64,000 bases of DNA from Octopus sinensis. Taxonomy: Eukaryota. The stretch is taken from contig NC_042998.1 of the NCBI RefSeq assembly GCF_006345805.1, positions 56,110,001 to 56,174,000 of the forward strand, given 5' to 3'. The translations under genes and the position numbers were made by a program. The notes under the pieces are model-generated. The model searched no databases. It had not been told where the DNA came from and saw nothing but the letters and a program-made list of their open reading frames with translations. Shown piece by piece: positions 1-15,230 of the stretch; position 1 is the first letter of the stretch; each line of letters opens with the position of its first letter.

Positions 1-699
1 CTTGCAAGTTTTTTGTCTCTTTTGAAAAAGAGGCAGAAAGGTTTGGGAAAGATGAAGCAGTTTGAGAGTCAAAGGAAAGAAAATGGAAGTTGTAGATAAT
101 ATTCTGCTAATGTAACAGAGTTAACAAGTGTAAGTCAGAACAGGGAACCTTGTTTGTGGATATCTTCATGTGGAGCAAAAATTATATGGCTTTTTCATAT
201 GGAGCAAAAATGATATGGCTTTGTCAGAGAGAGGCTTGGATTTATTGGAACACAGTTATGGTACATGGAATGAGAATAAGGAAAATTTGAAGCAAAAGTG
301 CAAGTCATCATCATCATCATTTAACATCTGTCTTCCATGCTGGCATGGGTTGGACAGTTTGACAGGAGCTGGCAATCCACAGGACTGCACCAAGTCGCAC
401 TGTCTGTTTTGACATGGTTTTTACAGCTGGATGCCCTTTCTAACACCAACCACTTTACAGAATAGATTGGGTGCTTTTTACATGGCACTAGCAAGGTCTG
501 TTTTGGCATGGTTTTCATGGCTGGATGCCCTTCCTAGTACCAACCATTTCACAATGGACTGGGTGCTTTTTGCATAACACCAGCACTGGAGACTTGCATG
601 ACAAAGATTGTTTAAGGGGGTGGGTGGTATTGAGAGAGGTGACTTTGCATCAGTTATAAGAGGTTAATGTATGATAAAGACAGAAACGGATGTCTTGTT

Positions 700-1800
700 G
701 TAGAGGAAATACATGGCCATCACAGTCAGAAGGAGGAAGTAGGAGAGAGAGAGAGATTGTAGCAATATGTGGCAAGGTACAGGAATGAAAATATAAATGG
801 GATGGCAGAGCATTGCTGAGGATGCATGACTACAAAGAGGGTGAGGGGAATGCAGTGACTGGTGAAACCTGTGTATATAGAGATATTGAGCAGGGACAAA
901 AGATTAGCAATGATATGATTGGAAGGACAGGGTTGGGCTGCAGGAATGGAGACGAGATAAGCATAGTGCATGAGAAAAAGGAAATGTGTGGAAGAGGAGA
1001 TGTAGTTGGGTTTGTTGGTGTCTGAAAGATTTAATGTTACTTGTTGGTAAAACACACAGCACTTCCAGAACTCAGTTTTGCTGAGGTGAGCAGGTTGTCT
1101 CAAGAACCTCATATTATCAGACATCTCAAAAAATATAAGCGTTATCAATTGTGATGGAGATGTTGATAATTGTGACAGAAGTGTTGGAGATAATAGAGAT
1201 AATTTGCAGATCGGGATGAGAGGCATTGATGTAAGAGAAGGTAGTGAGAAAATTTCTAGAGTGAGCTCATATAATTCCAGCATAGGTTTGATGGATTAGG
1301 AAAATATCCAGGCCTTAGTATTGCTCATAAAGGAAGAAAAACAATTCAGTATAAGGAGGAGTTCGACTAAGCAGAATTTGGGGAATGCTAGATTAAGCTA
1401 AGTCACAGAAGTTGAAGAAGTGTTCAAGGCCTAAGATTCTGTCATTGTGGATAATAATAGTGTACAGGGATTTCACAGCTATGTCGAATAGGAGTTGCAA
1501 AGGTCCAAGATAGAAGAGAAGAAAAGTTAAAGGCATTGTTAGCTCCTTTGATATGGAAAAACAGCAGTAACAAAGGGTGACCTGAATTTAACAAAGTAAT
1601 TGTAAAGGAGTTCAGTATAGCAGCTACAGGCAGAGATAATGGAGTGATTGAAATAGAAAGGTTTATATATCTTGAGTTAAGGAAGTGTTAGGTGATTGCA
1701 GAGCATGTTAAGAGTGAATTATGGTGTGGGATAAAGATTTTCGATTTTGGAGTATGTTACATCAGTAAAATTTGGTGTTACAGAGCTGCCAAACGGCTTC
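700..1800 (-). mobile_element. degenerate Penelope-like element RT
   Basis: frameshifted pieces IISACSCYTELL, FDIAVKSLYTIIIHND, ELLLILNCFSS resemble PLE RT motifs (IVSACSCPTE, DVKSLYT.IPH, LNCFSF). Confidence 0.65.
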
Positions 1801-4800
1801 ATTTTGGTGTCTGCCAAATACCATCTTTAGTTCAATCACTTAATGGCTTTTACTGAAGTGTGTGTAGTGCACAAACAATTATATTAAAGTATTGGAGATG
1901 TTTTTTAAAGTTAAATAGACCAAATCATGACAACTCTTTTGAATAAACAAATTACTGGAGTTTGAGATTGCCCCAAGCTTAGTGTCCTCCATGTTGAGCT
2001 ATGCTGTTTGAGCTTGGTGAAGTCACTAGTGTCTCAGGATTTGTATACTATGCCACAACCATAAACGAAATGAATATAATATCAATAAATGACACTGTTT
2101 ATGTCAATAAAAACAAAAAAGATAGAAAAATATCATGCAATATCTACAGTTAACTTCAGAACTATAAGAATATTAATAGAAATGCTATCGATAGAAGATA
2201 GCGAGAGAAGTCAAATATTCAGTATTAATTTAAGTAAAAAAGGGCATGGAAGGTTATTCATGATATGTATACTTTTCTGAATGTTAGTATGATCACAGAA
2301 TTAGTTTGAACATAAAGCTTGTAATCCTATCCTTAAACAGCCAATATTGCATCAAGATAGCTTCTAAATATGGAATGGTGCATCCTATATGTTTGACTAT
2401 AGCTAGAAATACAAACTATCTTGTTTTATTTACAAAACCATATTAGTAACTTGCTGCCTTTTCTATCATCATGTAATGTTTACTTTTCATTTGATTTAAT
2501 ATTGCTATGACTGCTTGTTCTTTAAAATCTATTGATTTCATCTTAGCCTTATTTAAAATATTACATACCACTTGTCAATCTATCTTTTTATTAAATGATT
2601 CTCTTGTTACCTACAAGAAATGGCATGCACTAACATTCTTTTCTCAACCTGTATTATTGTGGAACACTCTTTCTACACATCTCTCACCAATAAATAATAT
2701 AGAGAAATTTAGATAAGTATTAGTTGCATGATGTTAATTCAGCCTTCTACATTTTTATTTTAATAAAGTCATTACAGGCAATATTTTTCTTTCTTTTTCT
2801 TTTTTTTTTTCCTTTTCTTTGAAATAAGCTTTCATGACATAAATGAATAAACAATAAAGGAGCCACCTTGCATGATTTATGCAGAAAAGGTTACAGTTCA
2901 GTTTGTCCAAAACATGAACTGTATTCTTCTCTCCCCCCTTCCACTCTCTCTCTCTCTCTCTGTATATATCTGTCTGTCTGTCTATCTATCTCTATTTATA
3001 CATGAATCTTCCTTGCTTTTATCATTCTTGCATATCTGAAAGAATCCTTACCTGTTCGATTCCTTAGCTTTTTATTTAAAGCTTTCTCTCTATAAATTTG
3101 GCTAGCTTATTTACCCATGTAGTTTTTTTCTATTGACCTTGAACCAGCTTTCTCTGAGAAGCAATAATGGAAAAGTGGAACCCAAATCAGAAAATAGTCT
3201 TGTAAGTGTTGTTTTTAAACAGGTTTAATAATTCTAGTTTATATAGAACCAATAATCTTTGTTCTAATATCTATTTTTCCATACTGTACAGATTAATCAT
3301 ATTAACTATCTACTTATCTAGCAAAATAGATATTTAAAAAAAATATAAATATCAATTATCATGACTCAAATAATGATTACTTAGAAATTCTGTAACAGGA
3401 AAAAATGAAACCTTTTTTCAAAATGAGTGTAAGATTCACTCTTATTCTGATCACTATTAAAATCATTTTAATAGCCGATTTTATTTTTAACATGTATAAT
3501 CGGTTATAGAATGGTTAGAGAATTTCAACTTTGACATGTTTTCAAATTTTTCACTTTTAATAAAATAAGATCAATTTTGCTATGATATAGAGAAAAAATG
3601 TATATGGTCAAATTTTTGTGTGTTATTTTAGCATGGTAGATTTAGTACAGCATAATTATGCATGAAAGCATATGAGATACAGTGTTAAATTTAAATGGAA
3701 AATTTTCCCAATTTTCTTTTGATCTAGTCATATTTATATAACATATGGTTTATACAAACAAAGCATATCATGATTTCCAAAACTGAACATTTCCCTGCAG
3801 ACCCAGGAAACTTTGTGACAGAAAGATCGAATATTACTTTCTGTCATTATTGCATTAATTAGTGCTGCTGCTATTATCATCATCATATTCCTTAACATAG
3901 TTATCACTATTTCTTTCTGTGATATATCAACGATTCAATTATTTTCATGCATACAATTGATATTCCAGTATTTAGTTGCTGTACTCAATTTAATATGTTC
4001 CTTAGATTTATATTTTTTCTATCAAATATCTGTTGAATTCCTCTTTTTATTATTATACAACTAATACTAATACAATGTAACATACAAGTGATGTTTAAAA
4101 AGAATGGCAGTTTTTCTAAAAGTTTAAAGTCGGTGACTTCAACCATTACCCTCTTTAGATCAATTAAACCAGCAGTAATTATTACTATTAAAGATTTGCC
4201 ACCACTAATAAACTAGGTGCCTGCTGTAGCAATGTATTTAAAATTAATATATGTGTATATACATTGTGAGGGTCTCTGTTTTTGTTTTGTTTTCCTCAAC
4301 AAATTTGATTCAATGCAACTTAATTTCCTGTGAAACATTTTAATAGAATTATTGGTGATAAATAATGAAATATTGGACTATTTGTCATTTTTGATTCATT
4401 GCAATTTATTTTTTTGCTTCTGAGTATGTGCAGGAATTTTACTCAGTTACAAAATCTAATATCTATTGTAGTTTCTTTTATATCACTTTAGAAAATTATA
4501 TGATTTTTGTGCCTTAAAAGTGAAAAAATAGTGCATAACAGCACTCTACCTGCCATTTTTTTCTTTATAATTTTCTTGATTCACTAAAAATTATTGAGAA
4601 AATTTTGCCTGGCATACGTACTTTTTTTTTAATTTAGAGAAGTACTTAATATATGTTTTTACTATTCTTTGTTATCATTATCTAATACTCTACTTAATGT
4701 TTATTTTTAACCATAATTATTGACTTCTAACATTATGTTTTTCCTCTCTCTCTCACTCATTCTTTTAATGTCTTTTTACTCTTATTATATAAGTATGTTA

Positions 4801-5184
4801 ACAGCTATTTGGTATGAAAAAGTTTAGCTTTAAATGTAAAAAAAAAGTATTCTGTTTGCTATTACTGTTGTGTTTGTGTTTCCCTGCTTCCCTTAGATTT
4901 AGCTAACCCTTTACATTTCTAATTTTAAAAGAGTCGTGATTATTTTAAATGACATATGCTTTATATATTATTAGTTACTAGATTATATACTGTAGTACAT
5001 CTACCACTTGATTTAATATTATATTAAAATGATAACATTGTCATGTTTAAAATATGTATTTTTACCATTTTATCTTTTGACAAATAATTGCTTAATTTTT
5101 ATATGTATGCATGTTTTTGTGAAGGTGAATGCTTCTTTCCATTTTTCTCTTTGATAACACACATACACACATATTTATATTATA

Positions 5185-5226
<42 letters not shown>

Positions 5227-6779
5227 CTATATAGAAAAAACAATGTTCTTTTATTCCACACAGGTAGCAACATAGGAAATATATAAGTTGAAATTGCACC
5301 GAGGAGAATAGTTCAAATGTTTATGATTAGAATATTTCAAGATTTAACCAGTTTCACAGTTTACAAGGATTTTCAAGAATTTGAAATAGAAAGACGTGGC
5401 TTATGTCACAGCTATCTTGCTTCTGACTAGGGTTTCAAGCTTGCCCTATTTTTATAGGGAGTTCATGGCTGAAATTAGTATATGTTTTGAATAGGGTTTG
5501 ATTGGTAGAGGATAGTCACATGACTGGTCTTGGAAATTTTTGTAAGTTCCCCACTATGTCTGTGTGCTAGTATTAAGTGACAATGTTTAAAGCTGACACA
5601 GTTGACTGAACAAGTCTAGGGGTAGTGCTAAACAACCAATGTTCTGAATGTTTTCTGTCAAGAGTTTGTAGAGAATGATCACATGATTAAATTTAGAACC
5701 TTCTGTATGTTTGGCTGCTACGTTTGTGTGTTAGTGTCATGTGGTAGTATATATTGCACCTAAAATGAAGGCCAACACAATTGAATGAACATGATTAGTT
5801 ACAATCAAGGCACTCCAGATTTAATGTGTCTGGTGGGAGAGCAGACAGGAGTCATTTGTATGTAGTCCAGTGGCTAAAGTTTAGGTTGATAGATGTGTAG
5901 GTTCCTCATCTTAAGTGGCAGAATGAGTTTTGTGTGTGAATAGTTATTTGTGTATATACTTTGATAAAGCTCGTTAAGTCTGAGTTTGTACTTTTGTATG
6001 AAAGTATTCTCATTGTTTATCCATGATTCATCAGTGGTATTCACTGAACATAGGTAGAGTGGGAAGACCTGGAATTTGTTTCAATGTTTTTATCTCTTTT
6101 GATGATTAGATTGTATCTTTTGATGCAATCTAATCATATGCACATACATATGTATATAGCATATATATATTAATATATATATGTATATTTATCTCCAGGC
6201 ATTGCTGTGCAGGCACACTATGCACATACATATAGTGCAGGTGACAACAGGATAAACAAAAGTTTATCAGGAAACAAATATAAATAATCAGAAAATGGAG
6301 AAAACCTCAGATTAACAAGCACATTAAAGATAATCTGGAACTCGACTGAGGAAAGAAAACTCTGAATGACCCATCTTTGTTTTCTTTGTATCGTCTATCT
6401 GGATGTTTTGTTGTCCTTTTTTTGTATCACCTAACTGTCTTGAGGTTTTACTTTCTTGTCCCATTTTGTATTTTATATATATATGTGTGTGTGTGTGTGT
6501 AACATGCTTCATGATTTTAATGTACATACCTTATTAGTATTTCCTCCTAAGTTCTATATACTCTGGGAACATATTAAAGCCCTTTTCGGGGCTACTTTAT
6601 TTGAATTCTTACTATCAGGTAACTAATTTCATGTTATTATATAACTGACTTCACAATTTGGGTATTCATAACTTATTGGGAATTCCTAAAAACAAGATCC
6701 TGTGTAAGACAGTCCGGTATTCTCAATAAATGCACTGAAACAAGTAAAACAAGTAAAAGAATAAAAGAATCTTCAAATT

Positions 6780-7150
6780 GCACATGTTTGTAGAATACCA
6801 CTTCCTCTATGCAAAATGTATTACCTAACATAGTCTCCATAACAATCGTTGCATATGTACAATCATTGAACCCTCTTTGAATCCACTTTGGAAAAATTCA
6901 GGTATGCACTGTTGTCCTTATAAACTGTCCTTCACTGTAAGTGGAAGCTGGTGGACACTATATTCAGATTGTGCAGTGGGTGGGGCACCATAATGTATCT
7001 CAATTTGCCAGTTGCCTGAGTTGTCACCAAAGATGTGTGGTTGCACATTGTCATGGTCTATTCCTTCTAATGGCTTCCCTTAAGCTTTTTGAGTGTCTCA
7101 ATGTGCCATTTATTGTTTGTGGTGTAGCCACATTCTCAAAAAATTAAGGA
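6780..7150 (-). mobile_element. highly degenerate mariner-like 3' fragment
   Basis: LREAIRRNRP-like and C-terminal mariner-like segments on the minus strand, frameshifted. Confidence 0.4.
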
Positions 7151-7598
7151 GTCTGATACCCTTTTCATTTCAAAAGCAGTAACTATGACTTTCAGTGCCA
7201 ATTACTAACTCTTGAACTTTCAGTTTCACTCTGCTGTACTACTAGCCAGCACTCCCGCTCCACTTTTCTGAATAATCTCTCTTGCTCCTTAATATCGCTC
7301 TGAGTTTCCCACCATACTTCCAATCATTCTCTTGTCACTTCCATTCTCTCACACCTGAGCAAGTGTTCATGCCCTACACTACTGAGTACTCTCAACACTT
7401 CATTGCTATCCCCTTTTTCAACTACCCATTTCAGGCCCTCTGTTGTCATTGCTCTCTTTGCTGTTCCCTCCTCAGTCTACATATCTCGGGTTACTGAGTA
7501 GTCGAGTGTTGGTGCAAAGAGAAAATGCACCACTCAATACAGTGGTTGGTGATAGGAAAGGCATCCAATCTTAGAACCAAGGCAAATAATACAATGAC

Positions 7599-7631
<33 letters not shown>

Positions 7632-8932
7632 TATGCATATAGATATATCACATAATGTATATAAACAGTATACATTATATAAATACCTCATCTCACAAAT
7701 ATAGTACTGAGTGTAATGGTTTAACCTAATTGTGTTTATGTATATTACGTGTGTGTATGAGGTGGGTGTTAGTGTGTATTTCCTTGTCTTCACATTGCAC
7801 AATAGTTGTAAATGAGCATCCCCATTATACAAGCAGTGGCTTTCATTTTCAGTCTCGTGTAAAAACATAACCAGCCATGGGGAGATATTACCTTGCTTTA
7901 CAATAGGGAAACAAGAAAAGCATTAGGCTGTCAAAAAATCTGCTTCAAGATATATATATATATATATAGATTTATGTCAGTGGCAACTCTGGACTCCGGC
8001 TGCTTGGGCTTAGCCCAAGTATAAATTTTGTAAAGTGATCATGTATTTGCAAGCTGATTTAATTTCTGCCAACACTGACTTCAAGTATGTAATTGCAGTC
8101 CATAACTCGGGCTCCTTTTATTGAGCGTGGTCACAGTACATTTTCGTTCAGCATTTGGCAGTCGTCTTAAAAGTGCCCCGTGTCAAAAAATATCTTTCGT
8201 AGCTGACATTCTCTCGACTTCGTTCACACATGCCTAACTTGGGCTCAGAAATTACAGCCTGAGTTGTTATCTATAATCATAAAAATTAAAAGTAATTCAA
8301 ATTTAATGTTTTCTTGAAACTATAAATTTCTATAGAGATTAGGATTTAAATTCCAATTTATAAAAAGGTTCCGTTTTACAATATTGTTAAAGTAATGTAA
8401 AAATTATCCAGCAACTCAGACTAATACGAACAAGCCTGGTAGGTGTAAAAGACTAACTGGCATCTCTTGTCAAGAATACAGGTGACAGTCAGATCACTGT
8501 TGTTTGTTGTGCACTCCACTATTGTTATTTGATGGCTGTTATTCTGTACGTCTGTGTGTAAAGATCAGTTGTATTTTGCAGAGTTGTTTTATTTTTACCC
8601 TTAACTTAGAAATGGAGAAAGGCGAAGTCCTAGATATACAAAAGTTAGCCATTTGGGGCTAGAAATAGTGCAGAAAAACCTGAAATTCTTCAAGCAGGCA
8701 CATATCTTATGCAAAATCTATTATGAGCCTGAGTGACGCTGATGATATTAATATCGTTGTCACCAACTTTGTATCCATTTTCCATGTTCACATGGATATG
8801 ACAATTCAACAGGATTCATTCTCATTTTTAGTATAGCTTCTGCGGCTGGATGCACTTCCTAATGTCAACCACTTCACACAAGGTATCAGGTGCATTTTTT
8901 CATGGCACCAATATATATAAATATATATATGT

Positions 8933-8987
<55 letters not shown>

Positions 8988-9515
8988 TATATATATCAGA
9001 TACAAATTACAATCTATTATTAAGATCTTTTTGACCTTCTACAACACTAGAAAATCTGATATTATAAATCAATGAAAGAACATTCAATCAAATTTTATGT
9101 TAAAGATCTGATATTAACATATATTATGTACGTTAGCAGCACTTACAAACATGCTACTATATGAAATCTTGATTCTGTTTTGTAAATATAGTTATTTACA
9201 TTTTAGCTAATGTTTAAAATGTAAATAACAATATCTGCACTTAAATATCATCCTACTAATTTTCAGTTGGTTCATTTATTTCCATTATAAATTTTCTGTA
9301 CAAAATGTTTAGTTGAATTATTATATTTAAATATTTTTCATATTCCTAAGTGTTGAACGCTAATTCTTTTATATATTTCTATATTTCACCTCTTTTCATA
9401 TTAAATTGCAACTCATTTACAGTTAATGTTATGAAGATTTTAGATATTTGGTAACCCACAATTAATCTTATTTTTCCGTTTATTAAATATGATTATAATT
9501 TCATCTCTTAATCAG

Positions 9516-9551
9516 GGTCCCATGGGAATGAAAGGTGCATCAGGTACTAAG
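9516..9551 (+). CDS. MACIT-type collagen, Gly-X-Y exon (GPMGMKGASGTK); first exon visible, upstream part of gene lies outside or was not found
   Basis: ttaatcag|GGT CCC ATG GGA ATG AAA GGT GCA TCA GGT ACT AAG|gtaaac; 36 nt, phase 0-0, perfect Gly-X-Y. Confidence 0.9.
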
Positions 9552-9877
9552 GTAAACTATTTTCTCTAATTTTCTTTTCATAGCATTTAAAATATAATTA
9601 TACCAATGAATTATGGATGTGTCTCTTTCATGTATATTTTTTGGAGATTTTTATTAATTATTTTTTTTATATTCTTCATATTTTATTCTTTCTCAGCGTA
9701 TTTTAACAATAAATTAAGAAACAGAATTGTAAAACAAAAGTCCTGTTTATTTTTAGCTGAGAGATACAAAAATTTACTTTCTAAAAAATCACACTGTAAA
9801 TATTGATTTTGCACATTCAGATTTTCTAACCTTTCAATTGCATGTTTATTGTTTATTTGCCATATATATATTATCAG

Positions 9878-9922
9878 GGAGAAAAAGGAGAGAAAGGTGA
9901 CTATGGACCAATGGGATTACCA
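9878..9922 (+). CDS. MACIT-type collagen exon (GEKGEKGDYGPMGLP)
   Basis: ttatcag|GGA...CCA|gtaagt; 45 nt, phase 0-0, Gly-X-Y. Confidence 0.93.
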
Positions 9923-10181
9923 GTAAGTTCTGAAGATGCATGCACTGTCAACTGGATGTATTCAATGGAATCTAATAAAATAATTTTCATTCTCTTTGTG
10001 ATTATTTGTAAAATCTATTCTATAATCCTTCTTATATTCTGTTATATAAGTATTGTTTTTGCTTGTTTATTGTAGCTTCTGTTATTCTATGTACATGTCA
10101 CTTTATGTAAACTTTCTATTTCTATCAAACTCCATTTTATTCTATGTTCACAAATACAGCCTCTCTTCTATTCTCTTTCCC

Positions 10182-10249
<68 letters not shown>

Positions 10250-11060
10250 GTTTATTTTGGAGTATGTTAATATATGTGTGTGTACATTTCTTACTCATTT
10301 GTGTTTAAGACCTCTGGTAAAGCAACACAGGCAATCAAAATAAAATTATTGTCCTACTTCTGATTTAATACAAGCCTTATAAGCAGTTTCCTCAATATAT
10401 AATATACTAAATGCATCTGTATTTGCATAAGATCCTAAGTAACCTTGCTCAACTCTAAAACAGCTCAACTCTAAAACAGGTCATGCGATATCTCATGGAA
10501 ACTAAATGTATGAAATGAATTTTAGGACTTTGAACAAATATAGTTATTAGAATGGGGAAGCTAACATGGTTCTGTTCTAGCATAAATTGTTTAGAAAATA
10601 CTTAATACCAAAGTGATTTTGCAATGATGTAGAATCTGATACCAGTATAAGTGATACTTGTCTTGAGCTCTTTCAATCTGCAATGTATTAGAGAGGTTAT
10701 TGTAAATACGTTTTGATATCATAATTAAATAAATCCCCCAAACACTATGTATTTTATATTATTTCACAAATAATTTTCCTCTTAATTTTTTGCATCATTT
10801 TATACATAACATAATTAATTATCTTCAAGTGTTATGTCCAATTCATTAACATTTGATTTAACTTCATCTCTATTTTTAGAATCTAGTATTCTTATGTAAA
10901 TTTGCATAAGATATTTTTTGTAACCTAAAATATTCAATCTAACGTTCATCCAATAATTTCAACAGTTGAAATGTTATGGATACTTGAGTTTCAGTTTATA
11001 ATTTTCAGTACCTTGAATTTGAATTTATTGCCTTCAGATATTAGCACTTATTCAGATAAA

Positions 11061-11120
11061 ATGCATCTGGATTAAGAGAAATGCATCTGGATTAAGAGAA
11101 ATGTATCTGGATTAAGAGAA
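11061..11120. repeat. 20-bp tandem triplication
   Basis: atgcatctggattaagagaa x3 (one substitution). Confidence 0.95.
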
Positions 11121-11545
11121 ATATACAGCATAAATTTAATTATATGAACTTAAAAAATATATATATGGAGTCGATTTACAATTTATCTAAGAAGTTACTT
11201 TAAAATATACAAAAACAGTATATTTCTTTTCCTAGTTCTGTACAATTTTCTTATCATGTAGGCAAATATTATTCCATATCTAGCTAAGGAAAATAAGTTT
11301 CTTCTGGTTATTTTTTCTCTAAATGCAAAACAGCTGATTCAGTTTTAAAATCTCTTTTCGATAAAAGTAGATGATTTCAGTCTTGGAAATGAACAAATAT
11401 AATTCATTTTTACTAGTTTATTCATTTCATTCAACAATTTAAATAAATTTTTATCTTGATAAATTCATTGGCATGCTATTATCTATATATAGTTACACTT
11501 TTCAATACATTCAATGTTGCATGTATATTCTTATTAATAATAAAA

Positions 11546-11580
<35 letters not shown>

Positions 11581-12097
11581 CAACTTTCATGGAATGAATA
11601 AACACTTTGTAAAAATGTCAGCATGGAGGACAATCTGAAAATTATTTTGCTTATAATCAGCACTGTTATGTCACTGAATATTGACTCTTTGGATGCACTT
11701 ATGACCTAAACCTGGAAATAAAATTCATTAAATCACTTCTAAGCCTTCTTTAAGTCCAGAGAAACTTCAGGTTCTACTGATGAGTTTCATTTTTGAGCCA
11801 CTGATTTTCTCATATTTTCAACACAAGTGTTAAATATAAATCTTATTTCAATTTAATGGCCATACAGCTCTAGAATTGCAGATTATTGATTCTCTAAAAT
11901 TGTGTCTGATTTAGAAATCCTTTGTGATTTTTAATAAAAATAATGGCAAAGGATCAGGTTTGACCTTTCCCTTATATCCGCAATGGCTACAGTAATCCCT
12001 CTACTATCCTGGGTATTCCACCCTGATCCCTGTGTAGGCGAAAATTCATGAAGTAGAAACAGTACAGTACTGTATATCTTTTATTTATTTTTATAAT

Positions 12098-12152
<55 letters not shown>

Positions 12153-12155
<3 letters not shown>

Positions 12156-12540
12156 TCATCATCATCATCATTTAACGTCCACTTTCCATGCTAGCATGGG
12201 TTGGACGGTTCAACTGGGGTCTGGGGAGCCCGAAGGCTGCACCAGGCCAGTCAGATCTGGCAGTGTTTCTACAGCTGGATGCCCTTCCTAACGCCAACCA
12301 CTCCGAGAGTGTAGTGGGTGATTTTATGTGCCACCGACACAGGTGCCAGACGAGGCTGGCGAACAGCCACGCTCGGATGGTGTTTTTATGTGCCACCAAC
12401 ACAGGTGCCAGACGAGGCTGGCGAACGGCCACGCTCGGATGGTGTTTTTATGTGCCACCGACACAGGTGCCAGACGAGGCTGACGAACGGCCACGATCGG
12501 ATGGTGTTTCTTACGTGCCCACAGCACGGAGGCCAGTCGA
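12153..12540 (-). mobile_element. RTE-tail retroposon 3' end with internal 62-bp minisatellite
   Basis: (TCA)n-tttaacgtccactttccatgc tail; related copies at ~300-600, 8750-8910, 13590-13750, 31080-31225. Confidence 0.7.
12318..12522. repeat. 62-bp tandem repeat, 3 copies plus a partial
   Basis: atgtgccacc starts at 12326, 12388, 12450; partial at 12513. Confidence 0.9.
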
Positions 12541-14269
12541 TATATATTATAAATGCAAAACAACACCACAGAGAAAGCTTAAATAATAAACTACGATAGG
12601 TGAACTATGATATGGCAAGAGATTACTATATTTTATCTTTCTTTCTGCAAGTGTTACAGATACTCACTAGTAATTATAATCCTCTAATGAAGAGAGCTCT
12701 AAAAATTTACTGTAGAAAAATCCAATACAAGCATCAGCATGGTTCAGTAATTTTTTTCTACTGCAGGTTTTCTCACTTATTCTAAATGCCTATTTTTGTC
12801 TGAAGTTTACTTTTTTTTTCTGACCTTTACTTACTGGGGCTTCACATCTGTTAATAATTCACATAATTCGTTGTGTCTCCCTCAATGCTAAAGAATGATA
12901 AATGTTCAGTTTGAAGCAAATGAAATATGTATTTTATTTATTTATTTTCTTTTTGTACGCAAGAGAATGGGAAATGTCAAGGAACATAACTCTAATTCGC
13001 CTTGGGAAGAGTTATGTTTCTTGATTATAACTACAAGCTGATTCTTGTGAAACTCCCAGGAAAATATTTTTATTGATTCAAGCGTTTGTTTTATGGTTAT
13101 AAGAACAACTCTTATTAATTCTTTAATTATTAGCTTCATATTCTACTGGCACCAAATAAAGAGATCATCTCTTTTTATACAATTCTAGTTATAAGCGGTT
13201 CATTTACGATAAAAGCTAACAATTACAATTCATATATTTCTGATAAAATTTCTAAATTTTATTATAAAGATTTAAAGACTTATTGCTTTCATTGATGAAA
13301 TCAATATTTCATATTTAAACGTTAAAATTTTATAGATATTAATATTTCTGTGTTTTCTGTTTGTATTTTTTTATTACAATGTTTTTTATGTTCATTTAAA
13401 ATAATATACATTTGTAACATGATATTTGTTTATCAAGTAATATTTAGTTTTTGTTAAGAAAAACACCTGAAAAATTAATTTTGTTTCACCTAAGAATATC
13501 CATCAATAATAGTAGAATAGGACTTAGTATTATAAAATTTTATATTTGAGTTAATGTTTGTGTGTGTGTGTGTGTGTGTATATAATCTTCCATCCTTTAT
13601 GAGCTGGACAGTTTGACAAAATCTACTGGGTCAGAGGATTATGTCATTCTCTAATGTCTGCTTTGGTATGGTTTCTATTGCTGGATGCCCTTCTTAATGC
13701 TTACCACTTCACAGAGTATGCCTGGTGCTTTTCATAGCACCAACACTAATGAGGTTGCCTTTCAATTCACAAGGGGAAGATATATATCACACAGAGACAC
13801 AAATGTACATATACACATGTACTCATGTGTGTATGTGTATAAATTAATATATCTGTGTGGTGTGTTTATATATGTATATTTCACTATGACCATCATATCA
13901 ACATCTCATTGTACACTCTTCCATGCTTGTATGCAAAAAGTTTTCTATGACCAGATGCTCTTCATATTTTCAACTTTTTCACCTGTTTGCAAGCAAGGTA
14001 TGGGGTGGGGTTTTTTTTTCACAATTAGCAGTGTCAAGACAAGGTTATGGGAACACATATGCATACATATATATGGATTTCTATCCATTTTCAATTACCA
14101 TATCAATTTATAAAGCTTTGGTCAACCCAAACTATAGAAAATGACATTTGCCCAAAGTACCATGCAGTGGGACTCTTGGCTAGGAACTTCTCTTGCTGTT
14201 GTATCACTATGATGAGAGCATCAAAGAAATGCATCTTGTCTAAGTGGATTGTGTTCCTAACCAGTTGTG

Positions 14270-14731
14270 CTAAGACTTACTTTCATAACTTAGTCCATCA
14301 GTTTCATACCTTCTGAGATGCTTCTTTCTAGAGCACCTCCTTTACTCCTGTAACAGTTGATGATCATTATATAACATTTCCCTGTATAATTTGGTTAACT
14401 ATGCAGTTGACTAGCTTGAGTCCTATTTTGCCCAATACTCTTAGCATCTCAGCAACTATACCAGAAGAATCAGCTATTTTACTTGACTTGCTATCTACTT
14501 CAGTAGCTGGTTCCTCAGTCAGTAGATCGTCTTCCATATATTTTCCACATTCAACAATGTTTCGTAGTAACATCTCCATGACTTTTTCTTGTAATAATCA
14601 GTTGGCAAAAGTGTGCTACTACCATTTTGAACACATTTTTCTCCAACATCTCTATTCACTCGGATACACTGCCTTGTAATCTGGAACATTTCATGCCCTT
14701 CATCTTCCTTCTTTCAGTTTCTCTCCATACT

Positions 14732-14762
<31 letters not shown>

Positions 14763-15230
14763 TATCATCTAGCTTCTCGTCTAGTAACATGGTAGTGTTC
14801 TTTGTTAACTCCCTTTGTTTCATTCTTTTTACATCTTTCTCTTAGCTGTTGTTCTTTCCATAGTAATATTCTACCAGTGTTACTTTGTTTACTGGTGCCT
14901 TGCACTGGGCAGCAATATGGTCTATAACTTTCAGCAGGTTATCTCTTAGAGACTGCCAATTGTTCTGTAAGTGATAAGTCTTTGTCACTTGCTCCTTTTC
15001 ATCATATGCATCATCTAGAATTACTCTGAACATATATTTAGCTGAAAGATACCTCAGTTTCAACACTTGCATTCTTCAAACTGTCTTTAGTCTCTTGGTC
15101 TGTCTAGGTCTTATTCTGAACTTTCTGAAGTCACTAATCAGTAGCCTTCGTTGGGTTGTACATTCTTCACCAGGAAAAGACTTCATATTTACAACCGTTA
15201 GTAAATAGGTGCAGATATGGCTGTATTAAT
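14270..15230 (-). mobile_element. RTE-clade LINE fragment (pre-RT and RT N-terminus)
   Basis: NNWQSLRDNLLKVID; KIADSSGIVAEMLRVLGKIGLKLVNCIVNQIIQGNVI; interrupted by (CA)n. Confidence 0.75.

Noticed and set aside
726-1283. 185-aa ORF as a host gene
   Set aside because: Lies within a frameshifted Penelope-like RT remnant
3046-3160. Exon-like segment on minus strand (ttctcag|...gaacag|gtaagg)
   Set aside because: Stops in all three frames; could only be non-coding or decayed
3801-3860. Acceptor-like ttccctgcag followed by CCA GGA
   Set aside because: No sustained Gly-X-Y and no convincing donor; not accepted as a collagen exon
12172-12599. Four overlapping ORFs and a CRISPR-like look of the 62-bp repeat
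   Set aside because: Units are contiguous with no unique spacers, lie inside a retroposon tail, and there are no cas genes in this eukaryotic context
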